Part shown: one piece after another, positions 30,455 through 40,298 of the stretch
Layout of the letters: each line of letters begins with the position of its first letter
Numbering within the stretch: the stretch's first letter is position 1
DNA from: Promethearchaeota archaeon
Lineage (GTDB): Archaea > Asgardarchaeota > Lokiarchaeia > Sigyniarchaeales > SOKP01
Assembly (NCBI GenBank): GCA_029838195.1
Contig: JALGVJ010000026.1
Location: 1-50,958 of the forward strand
Length of the DNA: 50,958 bases
Direction: 5' to 3'
Program-made: the position numbers and the translations under genes
The notes under the pieces: generated by a model
What the model saw: only the letters and a program-made list of their open reading frames with translations
What the model was told of the DNA's origin: nothing
Databases searched by the model: none

Positions 30455-30862
30455 TTAAATTTGAATTTGTTTTAAAACCGGTTCCATGATCTTGAATGCT
30501 TTGCGCATTTTATGGAAATAATACCCAAGCATGATATCTTTCTTACAATTGGTAAATAACATGAAATTATTATCTTTATCTCCCACTAAAATGAGTGTAT
30601 ATCCTTCTGTTCCACGAATAACTATTTCTTTTAAATCTCCTTGGTCTAAACCTTGACTGATTTTTTCTCCTAAAGAAATTAAGGTTGCTGGACTCGCAGA
30701 ATAGATGTCTGCTACCACATCAGCTGTTTCAGAACTGGCGATTCTAAGGCCTGTTTTTGACACGATTGCCGTGCCTTCAAGATCTGTACTGCTCTCTAAG
30801 ATTTCTAAGGATCTCATAAGATCACTTAAGACTTCTTGGGGAATGTTTAACTCAGATTCCAT
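30455..30862 (-). CDS. Roadblock/LC7 (MglB/LAMTOR-like) domain protein
   Basis: EGTAIVSKTGLRIAS..A...LGEKI..L..GDLKEIVIRGTEG..LG pattern. ATG 30862 has a GGTGG SD. Confidence 0.85.
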   Translation of the reverse strand: MESELNIPQEVLSDLMRSLEILESSTDLEGTAIVSKTGLRIASSETADVVADIYSASPATLISLGEKISQGLDQGDLKEIVIRGTEGYTLILVGDKDNNFMLFTNCKKDIMLGYYFHKMRKAFKIMEPVLKQIQI

Positions 30863-30904
30863 TACGTGATCCACCTTTTTATAGATATAATAATTCAAGA
30901 AAAT

Positions 30905-32332
30905 TTAAATCTTTTTTAAGTTGAAATGGTATAATTCTTTTAATCTCACGACATCTCCCGCCTTTATCTCATGTTTTTCTCTATTCTTTTCAATTCCCAC
31001 GATCACGTATCCTTTTGTTCCAAATGAGTCTAAAATTCTTGTATAAGGAGATTCTAATTTTCTACCAACTATTTTTTTTGCACCTTCAGCACTTTGAGCT
31101 AAACCACTACAAATAATGCCTTGAGAATGATTTGGATTGATTATTTTTCCTCTCTTAACCTTGAATCTATAAAATAAAGGAGGCGTTTGATGAATCTTAA
31201 TCACTTCCGCAGCTCCCATTATTCTAAGCGAGGTGGGAGGAAGATCAAGTCTACTTATTAATAATGTGGTTTTTTTTTTATCTATAAGAACATTTTCATT
31301 TAGCCAGATAATTGCTTGAAATCTCTCAATTTTATTTGAAACATCAGTTTTTAATCGCTTACTTTCTTCGATTAATTCATAGGGATAAATATAGCCTGCT
31401 GTGGTAAACATTCCAATAGTAACATGTATTTGGCTCCCAAATCGTACCTCGGGTTTAAATAATTTGTTTTTTTCCATTCTCACTTCTATAATAGCCCCAT
31501 ATTCAAACTCTTCAGGATTAGATGCTACATAACATCCCCTATAGAGTTTCTTTACATTTATATTTTTTAAATTTAGCCCAACTCGATCTCCGGCGATAGC
31601 CCGTTCCATGTTTTGATGAAAAATTTGTATGTTTTTCACGCGTCCTTCTTGTTTTAAAGGTAGAATCATGACCTTTTGATTTAGTTTTACCTCTCCTCTT
31701 AAGATGGTGCCCGTTAAAATAGTTCCCATTCCTTTAATGTTAAAATAGTGATCTATGGGCATGACAAGATCATCCTTAATATCTCGGTGGATTTTTAATG
31801 CTTTGATGACTTCATGAATCCCTTTTTTAAGTTCTTCAAAACCAATTCTATTTTTAGCGGAAACGGGAAAGATTGGAATATTTTTGCCAAATGAAGTCGA
31901 ACTAAAAAATTTCTTGATTTTAATTATTTCTTCCTCAAGATTTCCCTTAAACAAGTCTATTTTATTGAGAACAACAATGAGATTTTTGATTTTTAATGCC
32001 TCAATCATTATTAAATGCTCTCCTGTTTGGATCTGGGGGCCTTTATTGATATCTATGACAACCAAAGCACAGTCTATAATTTCAACAGAAGAAGCGCTAA
32101 TTTTTATTAAATCGGCATGGCCGGGGCCATCTACTAGGGTGACTAAATAGTCCCCTAAAACAAAACTAGTAAATCCTAAATCTATTGTTATCCCTCTTTC
32201 TTTACTCTGAGGATGGGCATCTATTCCCGCAGTTGATATTATTTCAGTGAGTGCTTCAGCGACAGCTGTCTTCCCAGAATCAATATGACCAAAAAGTCCA
32301 ATAGAAACTGAGATTTTATTCTTTAGATCCAT
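30905..32332 (-). CDS. selB: Selenocysteine-specific elongation factor (archaeal/eukaryotic type)
   Basis: GHIDSGKT, PQSKERGITIDLGF, DGPGHADL, NKID, EF-Tu domain II; lies near tRNA-Sec. Confidence 0.93.
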   Translation of the reverse strand: MDLKNKISVSIGLFGHIDSGKTAVAEALTEIISTAGIDAHPQSKERGITIDLGFTSFVLGDYLVTLVDGPGHADLIKISASSVEIIDCALVVIDINKGPQIQTGEHLIMIEALKIKNLIVVLNKIDLFKGNLEEEIIKIKKFFSSTSFGKNIPIFPVSAKNRIGFEELKKGIHEVIKALKIHRDIKDDLVMPIDHYFNIKGMGTILTGTILRGEVKLNQKVMILPLKQEGRVKNIQIFHQNMERAIAGDRVGLNLKNINVKKLYRGCYVASNPEEFEYGAIIEVRMEKNKLFKPEVRFGSQIHVTIGMFTTAGYIYPYELIEESKRLKTDVSNKIERFQAIIWLNENVLIDKKKTTLLISRLDLPPTSLRIMGAAEVIKIHQTPPLFYRFKVKRGKIINPNHSQGIICSGLAQSAEGAKKIVGRKLESPYTRILDSFGTKGYVIVGIEKNREKHEIKAGDVVRLKELYHFNLKKI

Positions 32333-32516
32333 CTGAATGAGAAGGGGGTAATCGAATCAAAATTTTTTTCAATTAAGATTATATTAGAAAAAAATTTCTT
32401 TCCCTAAAAAATCCAATTACTTAAAAATTGAACTCCTATAAATTTTTAATTTTTAATTGTTAATTTAAATTTAAGACCATATTAATTAAATATAACGAAG
32501 TTGAAAGGAGAAAAAA

Positions 32517-33410
32517 ATGGCTAAATTCTGCCCTTATTGTGGGAAACAAGTGAAGGAGAATGATAAGTTTTGCGTATATTGCGGAAAACCCCTTCTTTCC
32601 AGCACTTCGAAAGAAAAAAAAGTTGAAAAACAAGTTAAAAAAGAAATCCCGAAAGAAGAGCTGGTCAATGAGGAACAACAAGAAGAAATAGAAGCGGAGA
32701 CAAAGGAGGAAAGAGACGAAGAAAAAGAAAAAGAAAAAGAATTAATAAAGAAGAAAAAGGAAAAAAAGAAGAAAAAAAAAGAAAAAAAAATCAAGAGAGA
32801 ACCAAAGCCGCTTCCCGAAGATGTGAAAGAACAAATTAATTTATACATTCAGTTAAGCGAAATAAATTCGAAGAAAAAAGTATTAGCTGATAAGCTTAAA
32901 GATCTTTCTAAAATGGCTAAGAGTGAGGAATACGAATATGATGAGAGTTATCAAGAAAAAATTAACGTGCAATTAGAAGCGGTAAAAAAGCTAACTCAAG
33001 AATTAAAAGAACAAGAAAATGAACTTAAACAGAAAATGGAAGGGGAATTTATTGTTAAAAAACTTAATGAAGGCATTCGAACCAAAGAATTCCAACTTAA
33101 AAATCTAACCAGAGAATTTAAGCTCCATAAAATTGATAAAGAAACGTTTACTAAGTTGAGAGATAAATACAAGCAAGAAAGAGAAAAATTGATGGAAGAA
33201 CGAGATGAATTAAATGAAGGAATTAATATGTGGATTCAAGAAATTGAAATGGAAAAATCAGAAGTTTCTAGTATGAAAAAATTAAACAAGGGAAGGTATT
33301 CGGCTAAAGAAATCGATGAGGAAGAATTTAAAGAAAAAGATGAAAAATATACTAAGAAAATCAAAAATTTAGAGGAAAAAATTGGTGTTTTAAAAGAATT
33401 GATGAAATAA
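32517..33410 (+). CDS. Double Zn-ribbon plus charged linker plus CdvA/SHOCT-like coiled-coil protein
   Basis: FCPYCG..FCVYCG; K/E low-complexity linker; two motifs FKLHKIDKETF and YSAKEIDEEEF inside coiled coils. Confidence 0.65.
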   Translation: MAKFCPYCGKQVKENDKFCVYCGKPLLSSTSKEKKVEKQVKKEIPKEELVNEEQQEEIEAETKEERDEEKEKEKELIKKKKEKKKKKKEKKIKREPKPLPEDVKEQINLYIQLSEINSKKKVLADKLKDLSKMAKSEEYEYDESYQEKINVQLEAVKKLTQELKEQENELKQKMEGEFIVKKLNEGIRTKEFQLKNLTREFKLHKIDKETFTKLRDKYKQEREKLMEERDELNEGINMWIQEIEMEKSEVSSMKKLNKGRYSAKEIDEEEFKEKDEKYTKKIKNLEEKIGVLKELMK

Positions 33411-33597
33411 ATAAACATTTTTTATTAACACTCATTTTTTAATATGGATCATGAGAAATAAAATGATTGGGATCTTGTTATTATTAATAGCCCTTTCCTT
33501 GCTTACTTTAGGAATAATAGAAGAGCAATATTCCACCCTAAATTCTTTATATGAGAAAATGGCTTCCGTTCCTTAAAAAAGTAGCAAATATAAATAT

Positions 33598-33888
33598 TTA
33601 AAGATACGCCCCTTTATCATTGAAATCATCGAGAAATCCTTTTTGTTGATATAATTTTTCTTGGGACTTTTTTATCTTTTTTACTTTTTTATAATGGCTT
33701 TTACACAGATAGACTTTTTTATTTTTATGTTCCACTATTTTTAATCCAGCTTTTTCAATAAAGCTACCCCATTTATTTTCTGAGAGAGAACGAATCGCTA
33801 CTTGAGAACAATTCTTTACCGAACAATTTTTATTCTTTTCTGTTAAATTTAACTCTTGCTTTTCCTTAAGCTCTTTTGGAAATTTCAC
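33598..33888 (-). CDS. Small basic Zn-binding hypothetical protein
   Basis: CSVKNC...VYLCKSHYK gives a C3H ligand set. Confidence 0.65.
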   Translation of the reverse strand: MKFPKELKEKQELNLTEKNKNCSVKNCSQVAIRSLSENKWGSFIEKAGLKIVEHKNKKVYLCKSHYKKVKKIKKSQEKLYQQKGFLDDFNDKGAYL

Positions 33889-34042
33889 TTTTTCCCACTA
33901 TCGAACGTTTGATTTTTTAAAGTGCTTTAGTTTTTAAAGTACTTGATTTCTTATAATTTTTATAGTTCTGCCTTGGATCTTTTTTCTAATGTTAAATTTG
34001 ATGATTTTAAAAGGCTAATCAGATACCCATTTTAGAACAATT

Positions 34043-34730
34043 TCATTTTTCACCCTTTCTTATCCCATATAACATGTACACGCCTAATTTAGCGCTAATG
34101 TCTTCTTTTCCTACTTTTACCGAAAAACCTTTTGATGTTAATAATGCGATTAGTTTAGTTAACAAGTTAGCACCATTCTTTATATGTTCATGCACTTCCA
34201 TGGTAATTTGCTTGATCTTCTCCTTCATATAATTTCTTGAGATAAGCCCGAACAACATATTTTCTTAAAAAGAGAGGTATGATTCGAGCTATGGGAAATT
34301 CTTTACACACGGCTTCTTTATAGTGTTCCACGTATTTACTAACCTTGAATTCCATATCAAACGGAATGATTGCTGAATCCCCGGAAACTTTAGGATAAAA
34401 AATAATATTCGTGGTACCCGGTTTATCCGATAAACCAATATTAAAATTTTTAATGTCACACGATATTCTTGAAAGATTTGCTACTAGCATTTCATAAAGG
34501 AGCTTAATGGGTTCAAACGTGTAGATTTTTAATCCAGGGGCTTTTTCAGCAATGAATAATGAAAAAAGACCAATATTTGCTCCCACATCAAAAATAATAT
34601 CCTCCGGATTTACCTCAATTCCATTTCTTAAATAAATATTATCAACAAAAATCTCGTTATAAACCCAAAGGGCTGTCAATTTATCAATATAAAATATTTC
34701 TAATCCATTTGGTAAAGTAAGTTTCTTCAT
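34043..34730 (-). pseudogene. FkbM-family methyltransferase with internal deletion and frameshift
   Basis: FDVGANIG and FEP in 34188..34730; the C-terminal KIKQITMEVH is in another frame; the central LLKIDVEG motif is absent. Confidence 0.75.
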
Positions 34731-35311
34731 GATAAATATAAAAATCGATAAGGTATTAAGATTGTATTGCTAAACGTGGAATGAAATAAATCTTTTTTTG
34801 TCCCCAGTATCCACCTTCCTATTTTTCAATTATATGGCAAAATTCTCTTATTTTCTCTATGAAAGTTTTTCTCTTTGGAATTCTTGATTATGTTCTCCTT
34901 ATTAATTGGATTAAATTTTCACCTTAATTATAAAATATGCTGAAAAACCTCCAAAATACGCATTTATTATCATCCAAGGAATACCAAAATAAGAAACTCC
35001 TAAAAAACTTCCATCTTTCTTTAAATATATAAAAAATTTATTATGTTTTTTTTAATTTTTACTGAATTTTTAAAATTTTTTTAGTCCAATTTTTAATCTG
35101 CAAGCCAAAATGGTTCAAGCAAAAGAATATGAGAAATTAAATTGCCTATTTATTTATATAACTCATCCCATGAATTCATATTTCCCTAAAAATTAAGGCA
35201 TTAAATCACGATTCATAATAGTTAATTTAAAGAACTTTTTGATATTTACACTACTCAAAATAGATTAAATCATGACATTTTAATTATTTAGATGATTATT
35301 TTTTTTAAAGA

Positions 35312-36022
35312 ATGTCGTCGCTTAATTTAATTTTTAACGAAACCGAAATTAAAAATAAATTATTTCCCTGTGATTCCCCGAAACGTATCTCATTAAATGA
35401 TGTACATTTTACTAAATCGGCTGTTTTATTCCCTATCGTGCCCCTAAATAATCATTCATTCGAAATCATCGTGATTCATAGGAGTGATAAGGGTTTTAAA
35501 CATCGCGGAGAAATGTCTTTTCCAGGAGGTAAATTTGATGTGGTAAAAGACAAAACCTTAAAAGATACCGCATTGCGAGAATGCGAAGAAGAAATAGGAG
35601 TCCCTCGCTCTAAGATAAAAATTTTAGGTTGCCTTCACGATTTTCCCACTCTAACAAAATTCATCATAACACCATTCGTAGGTGTTATTGATAAAAATCA
35701 AGAATTAATAAGGGATAAACGAGAAGTCCAAGCTATTGTACGTGTACCGATAAATTTTTTTCTCGATAAAAACAATTTTCACGAGAAAGTGTTTGAAATT
35801 GAAGAAGTTAAGTTCCCAATTTTTTATTTTAATTATTTTGCCCCTCGAACTAATAAGAAATACACTATTTGGGGTGCTACGGGATACATGATCGCTGCTT
35901 TTCTTGAACTCGTGTATGATATTAGATTATCTTCCTTGAGCATCAAGCGTTTTGGGATTGATAAAATTAAATCTTTAAAAAATTATTTAAAATATCGAAA
36001 AGAAATAACTAATAATTTTTAA
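35312..36022 (+). CDS. Nudix CoA pyrophosphatase (NudL/NUDT7-like)
   Basis: HRGEMSFPGG, ALRECEEEIG, ITPFVG, IWGATG. Confidence 0.9.
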   Translation: MSSLNLIFNETEIKNKLFPCDSPKRISLNDVHFTKSAVLFPIVPLNNHSFEIIVIHRSDKGFKHRGEMSFPGGKFDVVKDKTLKDTALRECEEEIGVPRSKIKILGCLHDFPTLTKFIITPFVGVIDKNQELIRDKREVQAIVRVPINFFLDKNNFHEKVFEIEEVKFPIFYFNYFAPRTNKKYTIWGATGYMIAAFLELVYDIRLSSLSIKRFGIDKIKSLKNYLKYRKEITNNF

Positions 36023-36046
36023 TCCTTATTAAAGTGAGCAAAATTC

Positions 36047-36724
36047 ATGGCGTTTTATAATGTAATTTTCAATGAATCTTTCATCTCCTCGAAACTACGC
36101 ACTTTTTCTGACCCCAACCGCTTGTCCATGAGCCATGAAGGATTTATTAAATCGGCTGTAACGGTCTTATTAATCCCCTTAGATGATCAACCATATCAAC
36201 TCGTTTTAATTCGCAGAACAAAAAAAAAAGAAGATAAACATTCAGGAGAAATGGCATTTCCGGGAGGTTTATTCGATCCTAAAAAAGATGATTCACTTAG
36301 ATCCACTGCATTGAGAGAATTAGAAGAAGAATTAAGCATTTCACGAGATCATGTAAAAATTTTAGGTTGTCTGGACGATCACTTAACTCCTAAAGGATTT
36401 ATTATAACACCTTTTGTTGGTTATATCAATCAATCCTTGGAAATGATTAAACAAGAAGAGGAAATTGAAGAGATCCTTCAAATACCAATTACTTTTTTCC
36501 TCGATAAAAAAAATTATAAAGAACGAACGTATTTGATTAAAAATGACAAGATAGGTGTTGGAAAATTTCAATATAAAGCTCCAAATAATAAAAATTACGT
36601 TATTTTTGGTGCAACATGCCATATCATCGTAAATTATATCGATACGGTTCATGAAATTGGTCTTATGGCCCCTGGCATCCGCCGAATAAAACCTGCTGAT
36701 ATAGCTCATAGAATTGTAAAATAA
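36047..36724 (+). CDS. Nudix CoA pyrophosphatase (tandem paralog)
   Basis: HSGEMAFPGG, ALRELEEEL, ITPFVG, IFGAT. Confidence 0.9.
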   Translation: MAFYNVIFNESFISSKLRTFSDPNRLSMSHEGFIKSAVTVLLIPLDDQPYQLVLIRRTKKKEDKHSGEMAFPGGLFDPKKDDSLRSTALRELEEELSISRDHVKILGCLDDHLTPKGFIITPFVGYINQSLEMIKQEEEIEEILQIPITFFLDKKNYKERTYLIKNDKIGVGKFQYKAPNNKNYVIFGATCHIIVNYIDTVHEIGLMAPGIRRIKPADIAHRIVK

Positions 36725-36915
36725 ATTCAGTGTTTAAACGAATTATTGTAATAAATAATAAGTATTCCTTAATTTTTTATTAAAAACCTTGTAAAAGCTC
36801 ATAAATTATAATGTAACGCATGATGAATTTTTTCCTTTACAATTTATAAATATCAAAAGTCCACTAGTTTTCTTCCCATGTAATAAAAAATTTTAAGTTT
36901 CTAATATTTATTCTC

Positions 36916-36923
36916 TTATAAAA
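36916..36923 (+). promoter_or_regulatory. Putative TATA box for tRNA-Sec
   Basis: TTATAAAA ending about 25 nt upstream of G1 of the tRNA. Confidence 0.5.
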
Positions 36924-36947
36924 TTAGTTTTCTTAAAATTAATACAA

Positions 36948-37040
36948 GGCCCTTGCTAGTGGGAGTGGTCTCCAACACCAGGCTTCAAACCTGGTTATCC
37001 TGCGAAGGGATAGCGGTTCGATTCCGCGCAGGGGCCGCCA
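36948..37040 (+). tRNA. selC: tRNA-Sec (UCA), 9/4 fold, encoded CCA
   Basis: 9-bp acceptor GGCCCTTGC/GCAGGGGCC; long D stem; ACCAGG-CT-TCA-AA-CCTGGT anticodon arm; long variable arm; 4-bp T stem GCGG/CCGC; G73-CCA. Confidence 0.96.
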
Positions 37041-37642
37041 ATCCTTGATTACCCTTGAAAATATTCATCGCAAATCCTCCTATACTATTCTTTTCATCCA
37101 CATGGATCTCATCAACCACCTCTTCTTCTTTCTCTTTTCTCTCTTTAGGATCATTTGACACGCGTCCAACTTCTTGAGCTCAATCACCATCTTAAGTGAA
37201 TGCTCACCATTTTTAGTGAAAGTATTCGGACCATGATAAATGATTATCACTAATGATATATGTAGCTATTAATGCTCGAATATATTCTAAATTCTGGGGC
37301 AAATCTAAAAATACACCGATAAAATTTACTATGAAATGAAAAAGTATTGTTCCTAAGAGCTCATGGTGTGTATTATTAAAGATCTATGCATCCTATGATT
37401 ATTGATAATACAATTAATAAGAGACAATAATTCAGCCAAAATTGTTATAGGAATCCTAATACTAATTCTTCTTTCTGATAAGTTCCTTCCATGAAAAATA
37501 AATGGGATAATGATTGTATGATCCTTTTGCTTTGTTTTATTTATCTGAAAAAATGAAGAATAATGGATGAGCACAAAAAAATATTTTAAAAAAATCTTTA
37601 TATAAAGTATTCGATACATTCCAACAAGAAGGAATTATAAAC

Positions 37643-39004
37643 ATGGTAGATTTCTCTAAAATCATTGAATATTTTGAAACCATGCCAATCCCTCTAAATA
37701 TGCTTAATAGAGGGCAATTAGTACTAAATGAGTTTCTCAAACCCTTGAAAAAAATTTTTGAACAAAAAGCCGTGCCGGAGGAGGGATGGTCAGACGAGCA
37801 GATTTCTTTTCTCTTACAATTACTTTCTAACATGGATACTGATAAGGATGGAAATGCCGCTCGAGTGGGAGAGCGGGAAGCTCGTATCGCAACCAAATTA
37901 CACTTGCAAACTTCAGGAGGATTTTGTCATGGGATCGGAAGGAGCGGATATCTCACGGCCCCTCAGCCTAAAGCCCCTGGCGGCTCGGTAATGTATGAAC
38001 TTGCAAACTATTTAGCTCGCCATTTTTTGAAGAGATTTGGGCTTCCGAATATTAAAAAAGCCATCGTGGTGCCATTATGCACCGGCATGTCCTTGTCTCT
38101 CTGTCTTAGTGCTCTTAAACCTGATTGGAATGATCCTCACACCGCTCATAAACGCTCGATTTTAATCCCTCAAATTGATCATTCCTCGATTTTAAAAGCA
38201 TGTGATTTTCTTGGATTAAAAAAGATTATCATAAAAGGCAAGGTAATGGGAGATGCAGTAAGAGTTCCTATGGAAGATATTCAAGAAAGTTATGATGATA
38301 AATGTTATGCAATCCTCTCCATCACCAGCTTTTTTCCTCCCCGCGAATCCGATGATATAAAGGAAATTAGCAAGTTTGCTCAAGAGCACGATTTAGTTCA
38401 CGTTGTAATTAACGCTTATGGTGTCCAGAGTTCTGAATGGATGAAATTAATACGTTCGGCTATCGATGCAGGAAGAATCGATGCCATTATCCAATCTTCC
38501 GATAAAAATTTCCTCACGCCAGTTGGAGGGGCTATAATCGCTACACCCCACAATGAAATCATGGAAAAAATAAGCCAAACCTATGCTGGCCGAGCAAATG
38601 CAACCCCAATCGTCCAATTCCTTGCATCAGCTCTTTCCCTAGGGATAAAAGGATATGAAAATTTATTGAAAGAACAACAAGACAACCGGAAGTTATTAGA
38701 AGAAAAATTAACGGAGTTAGCTAACAAACTAAAGGAACGTATCTTAAACGTGTTTAACCCTATTGCTATTGCGATGTCTCTTTCCAATCTAAATCCAAAA
38801 AAATTAAATGCTTTAGGAGGTGCTCTTTATAATTTAAGAGTTACGGGACCGCGCGTTCAAGACCCTAATACCAAACCTTTTGGTACATGTTGCGACCATT
38901 ATCCTACTCCTTACATAGTGATGAATGCTGCTATTGGAGCACGAAAAGAAGATGTTATTCGCTCCATCCTTCAATTAGAAAAAGCTTTACACCAAATTAA
39001 ATGA
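37643..39004 (+). CDS. spcS: O-phosphoseryl-tRNA(Sec) selenium transferase (SepSecS)
   Basis: GEREAR, HGIGRSG, QPKAPG, TGMSL, NAYG, PLP lysine QSSDKNF. Confidence 0.95.
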   Translation: MVDFSKIIEYFETMPIPLNMLNRGQLVLNEFLKPLKKIFEQKAVPEEGWSDEQISFLLQLLSNMDTDKDGNAARVGEREARIATKLHLQTSGGFCHGIGRSGYLTAPQPKAPGGSVMYELANYLARHFLKRFGLPNIKKAIVVPLCTGMSLSLCLSALKPDWNDPHTAHKRSILIPQIDHSSILKACDFLGLKKIIIKGKVMGDAVRVPMEDIQESYDDKCYAILSITSFFPPRESDDIKEISKFAQEHDLVHVVINAYGVQSSEWMKLIRSAIDAGRIDAIIQSSDKNFLTPVGGAIIATPHNEIMEKISQTYAGRANATPIVQFLASALSLGIKGYENLLKEQQDNRKLLEEKLTELANKLKERILNVFNPIAIAMSLSNLNPKKLNALGGALYNLRVTGPRVQDPNTKPFGTCCDHYPTPYIVMNAAIGARKEDVIRSILQLEKALHQIK

Positions 39005-39232
39005 AAGCCCTCAGTTTTTTAAGATTTAATATAATACATTATATATTATACCCTAGCACGCTTTCACGAGAAAATAATTCCTTAGTTTTTACAAACATCC
39101 TAATGAAATATGAAGAGAAAATTATCCTAAATATTAATTCTATCCCCAAATAAAAAGGGAGGGGAAAAAAAAATAAAAATGAAAATTGATATGTACTTTA
39201 TAATTCACAAATAAAAAAATAGTCGTCTTATC

Positions 39233-39913
39233 ATGGAAAATCGACTTTTGACTCAGTTTAATAATGTTATTACTTCTGAATGGCCTTCAAAACAAATAAC
39301 TTTAAATTATGACCCCTTGACATGCAGAGAACTTTTTGAACTCGCCTATCATACCTCTAATACCTTGAGTTCTCGAAACATCTTTATAAAATTAACTCAA
39401 AATGAAAATGAAGCAGGTTCCATCGCAATCTTTTATGCAACTAATACAAAATCTTTTCAATCCATTGAAACTTTAATGGAATACCTCCAAATCACCCTCT
39501 ATTATAATAATCAAGATGGAAAAGAACTTGAAAAAAAAATCTTACCTCTACTCACCTCAAGGAAGCAAAATTACATCAATAAGCCCGATGATATTAAAAA
39601 TCAAATCCTTAAAACTATTCTCGTGGAAAGAAAATTGGATGAATGCGCTAATTTGGTCATGCTAAAAGATTTGACTAGAAAAGTTTATTTCGCCATCGGA
39701 GACGCCCGTGAAAGTGCTGCTTTAATCCCGATATTCATGCAAGCTGAAGGAGCAAGCCTCGTTCAACTAGCATTGAATAAATGGATGGAAACCACGAAAA
39801 ATCTGCCTCATGAAGAATCTTTTCCCAAATCATATAGTCCGGGATTGTTAAAAAATCTCATTCAAATTAAAAAATGGGTGCTCAATCTTATATCCACCCA
39901 TCTCGATAAATAA
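39233..39913 (+). CDS. Hypothetical protein
   Basis: 226-aa ORF with protein-like composition; no motif recognised. Confidence 0.7.
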   Translation: MENRLLTQFNNVITSEWPSKQITLNYDPLTCRELFELAYHTSNTLSSRNIFIKLTQNENEAGSIAIFYATNTKSFQSIETLMEYLQITLYYNNQDGKELEKKILPLLTSRKQNYINKPDDIKNQILKTILVERKLDECANLVMLKDLTRKVYFAIGDARESAALIPIFMQAEGASLVQLALNKWMETTKNLPHEESFPKSYSPGLLKNLIQIKKWVLNLISTHLDK

Positions 39914-40090
39914 ATTTTAATTTACTTAACTTTCTTTTTTCTTAATCTTATATTAGTAAAAAAAGCATTCATCATGGTATTTTTGGAAAAATTCTCCTTC
40001 GTTTTAACCTTTCTTAATCATTAATATTTCAAATTTATAACAACATTATAAATAAAGTTTAATTTTTAATCATAAAATGTTTAAATAGAG

Positions 40091-40298
40091 TGGTCCATCG
40101 GGGATTTACGGCAAATCTGGACGCCAGATCCTTTATTTTATATCTTTCGAACCCCGGATCTCGGGTTGTCCTCGCCCGAGAGAGCTTCATTTATTTCATG
40201 TCCTCTCGGATGTCTTATAAGACCCGCGCTTGTTGGCCAAGCGGACACACCCGTTAACCATTCCAGAGAGGTAACCCTCTTGGCTGAGCTAATGGACC
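40091..40298 (-). tRNA. tRNA-Ile (UAU), interrupted by about four introns
   Basis: Removing 40261..40281, about 40232..40254, about 40168..40215 and about 40106..40146 yields a 75-nt cloverleaf: GGTCCAT TA GCTC AGCCTGGTTA AAGC G CGGGT CT-TAT-AA ACCCG AGATC CGGGG TTCGAAT CCCCG ATGGACC A. Confidence 0.8.

Noticed and set aside
32620-32800. Purine-rich repeat tract
   Set aside because: Encodes the K/E linker of a protein; not a DNA repeat element.
37353-37619. Minus-strand 88-aa ORF, possibly a membrane-protease relic
   Set aside because: No intact motifs; too degenerate to call.
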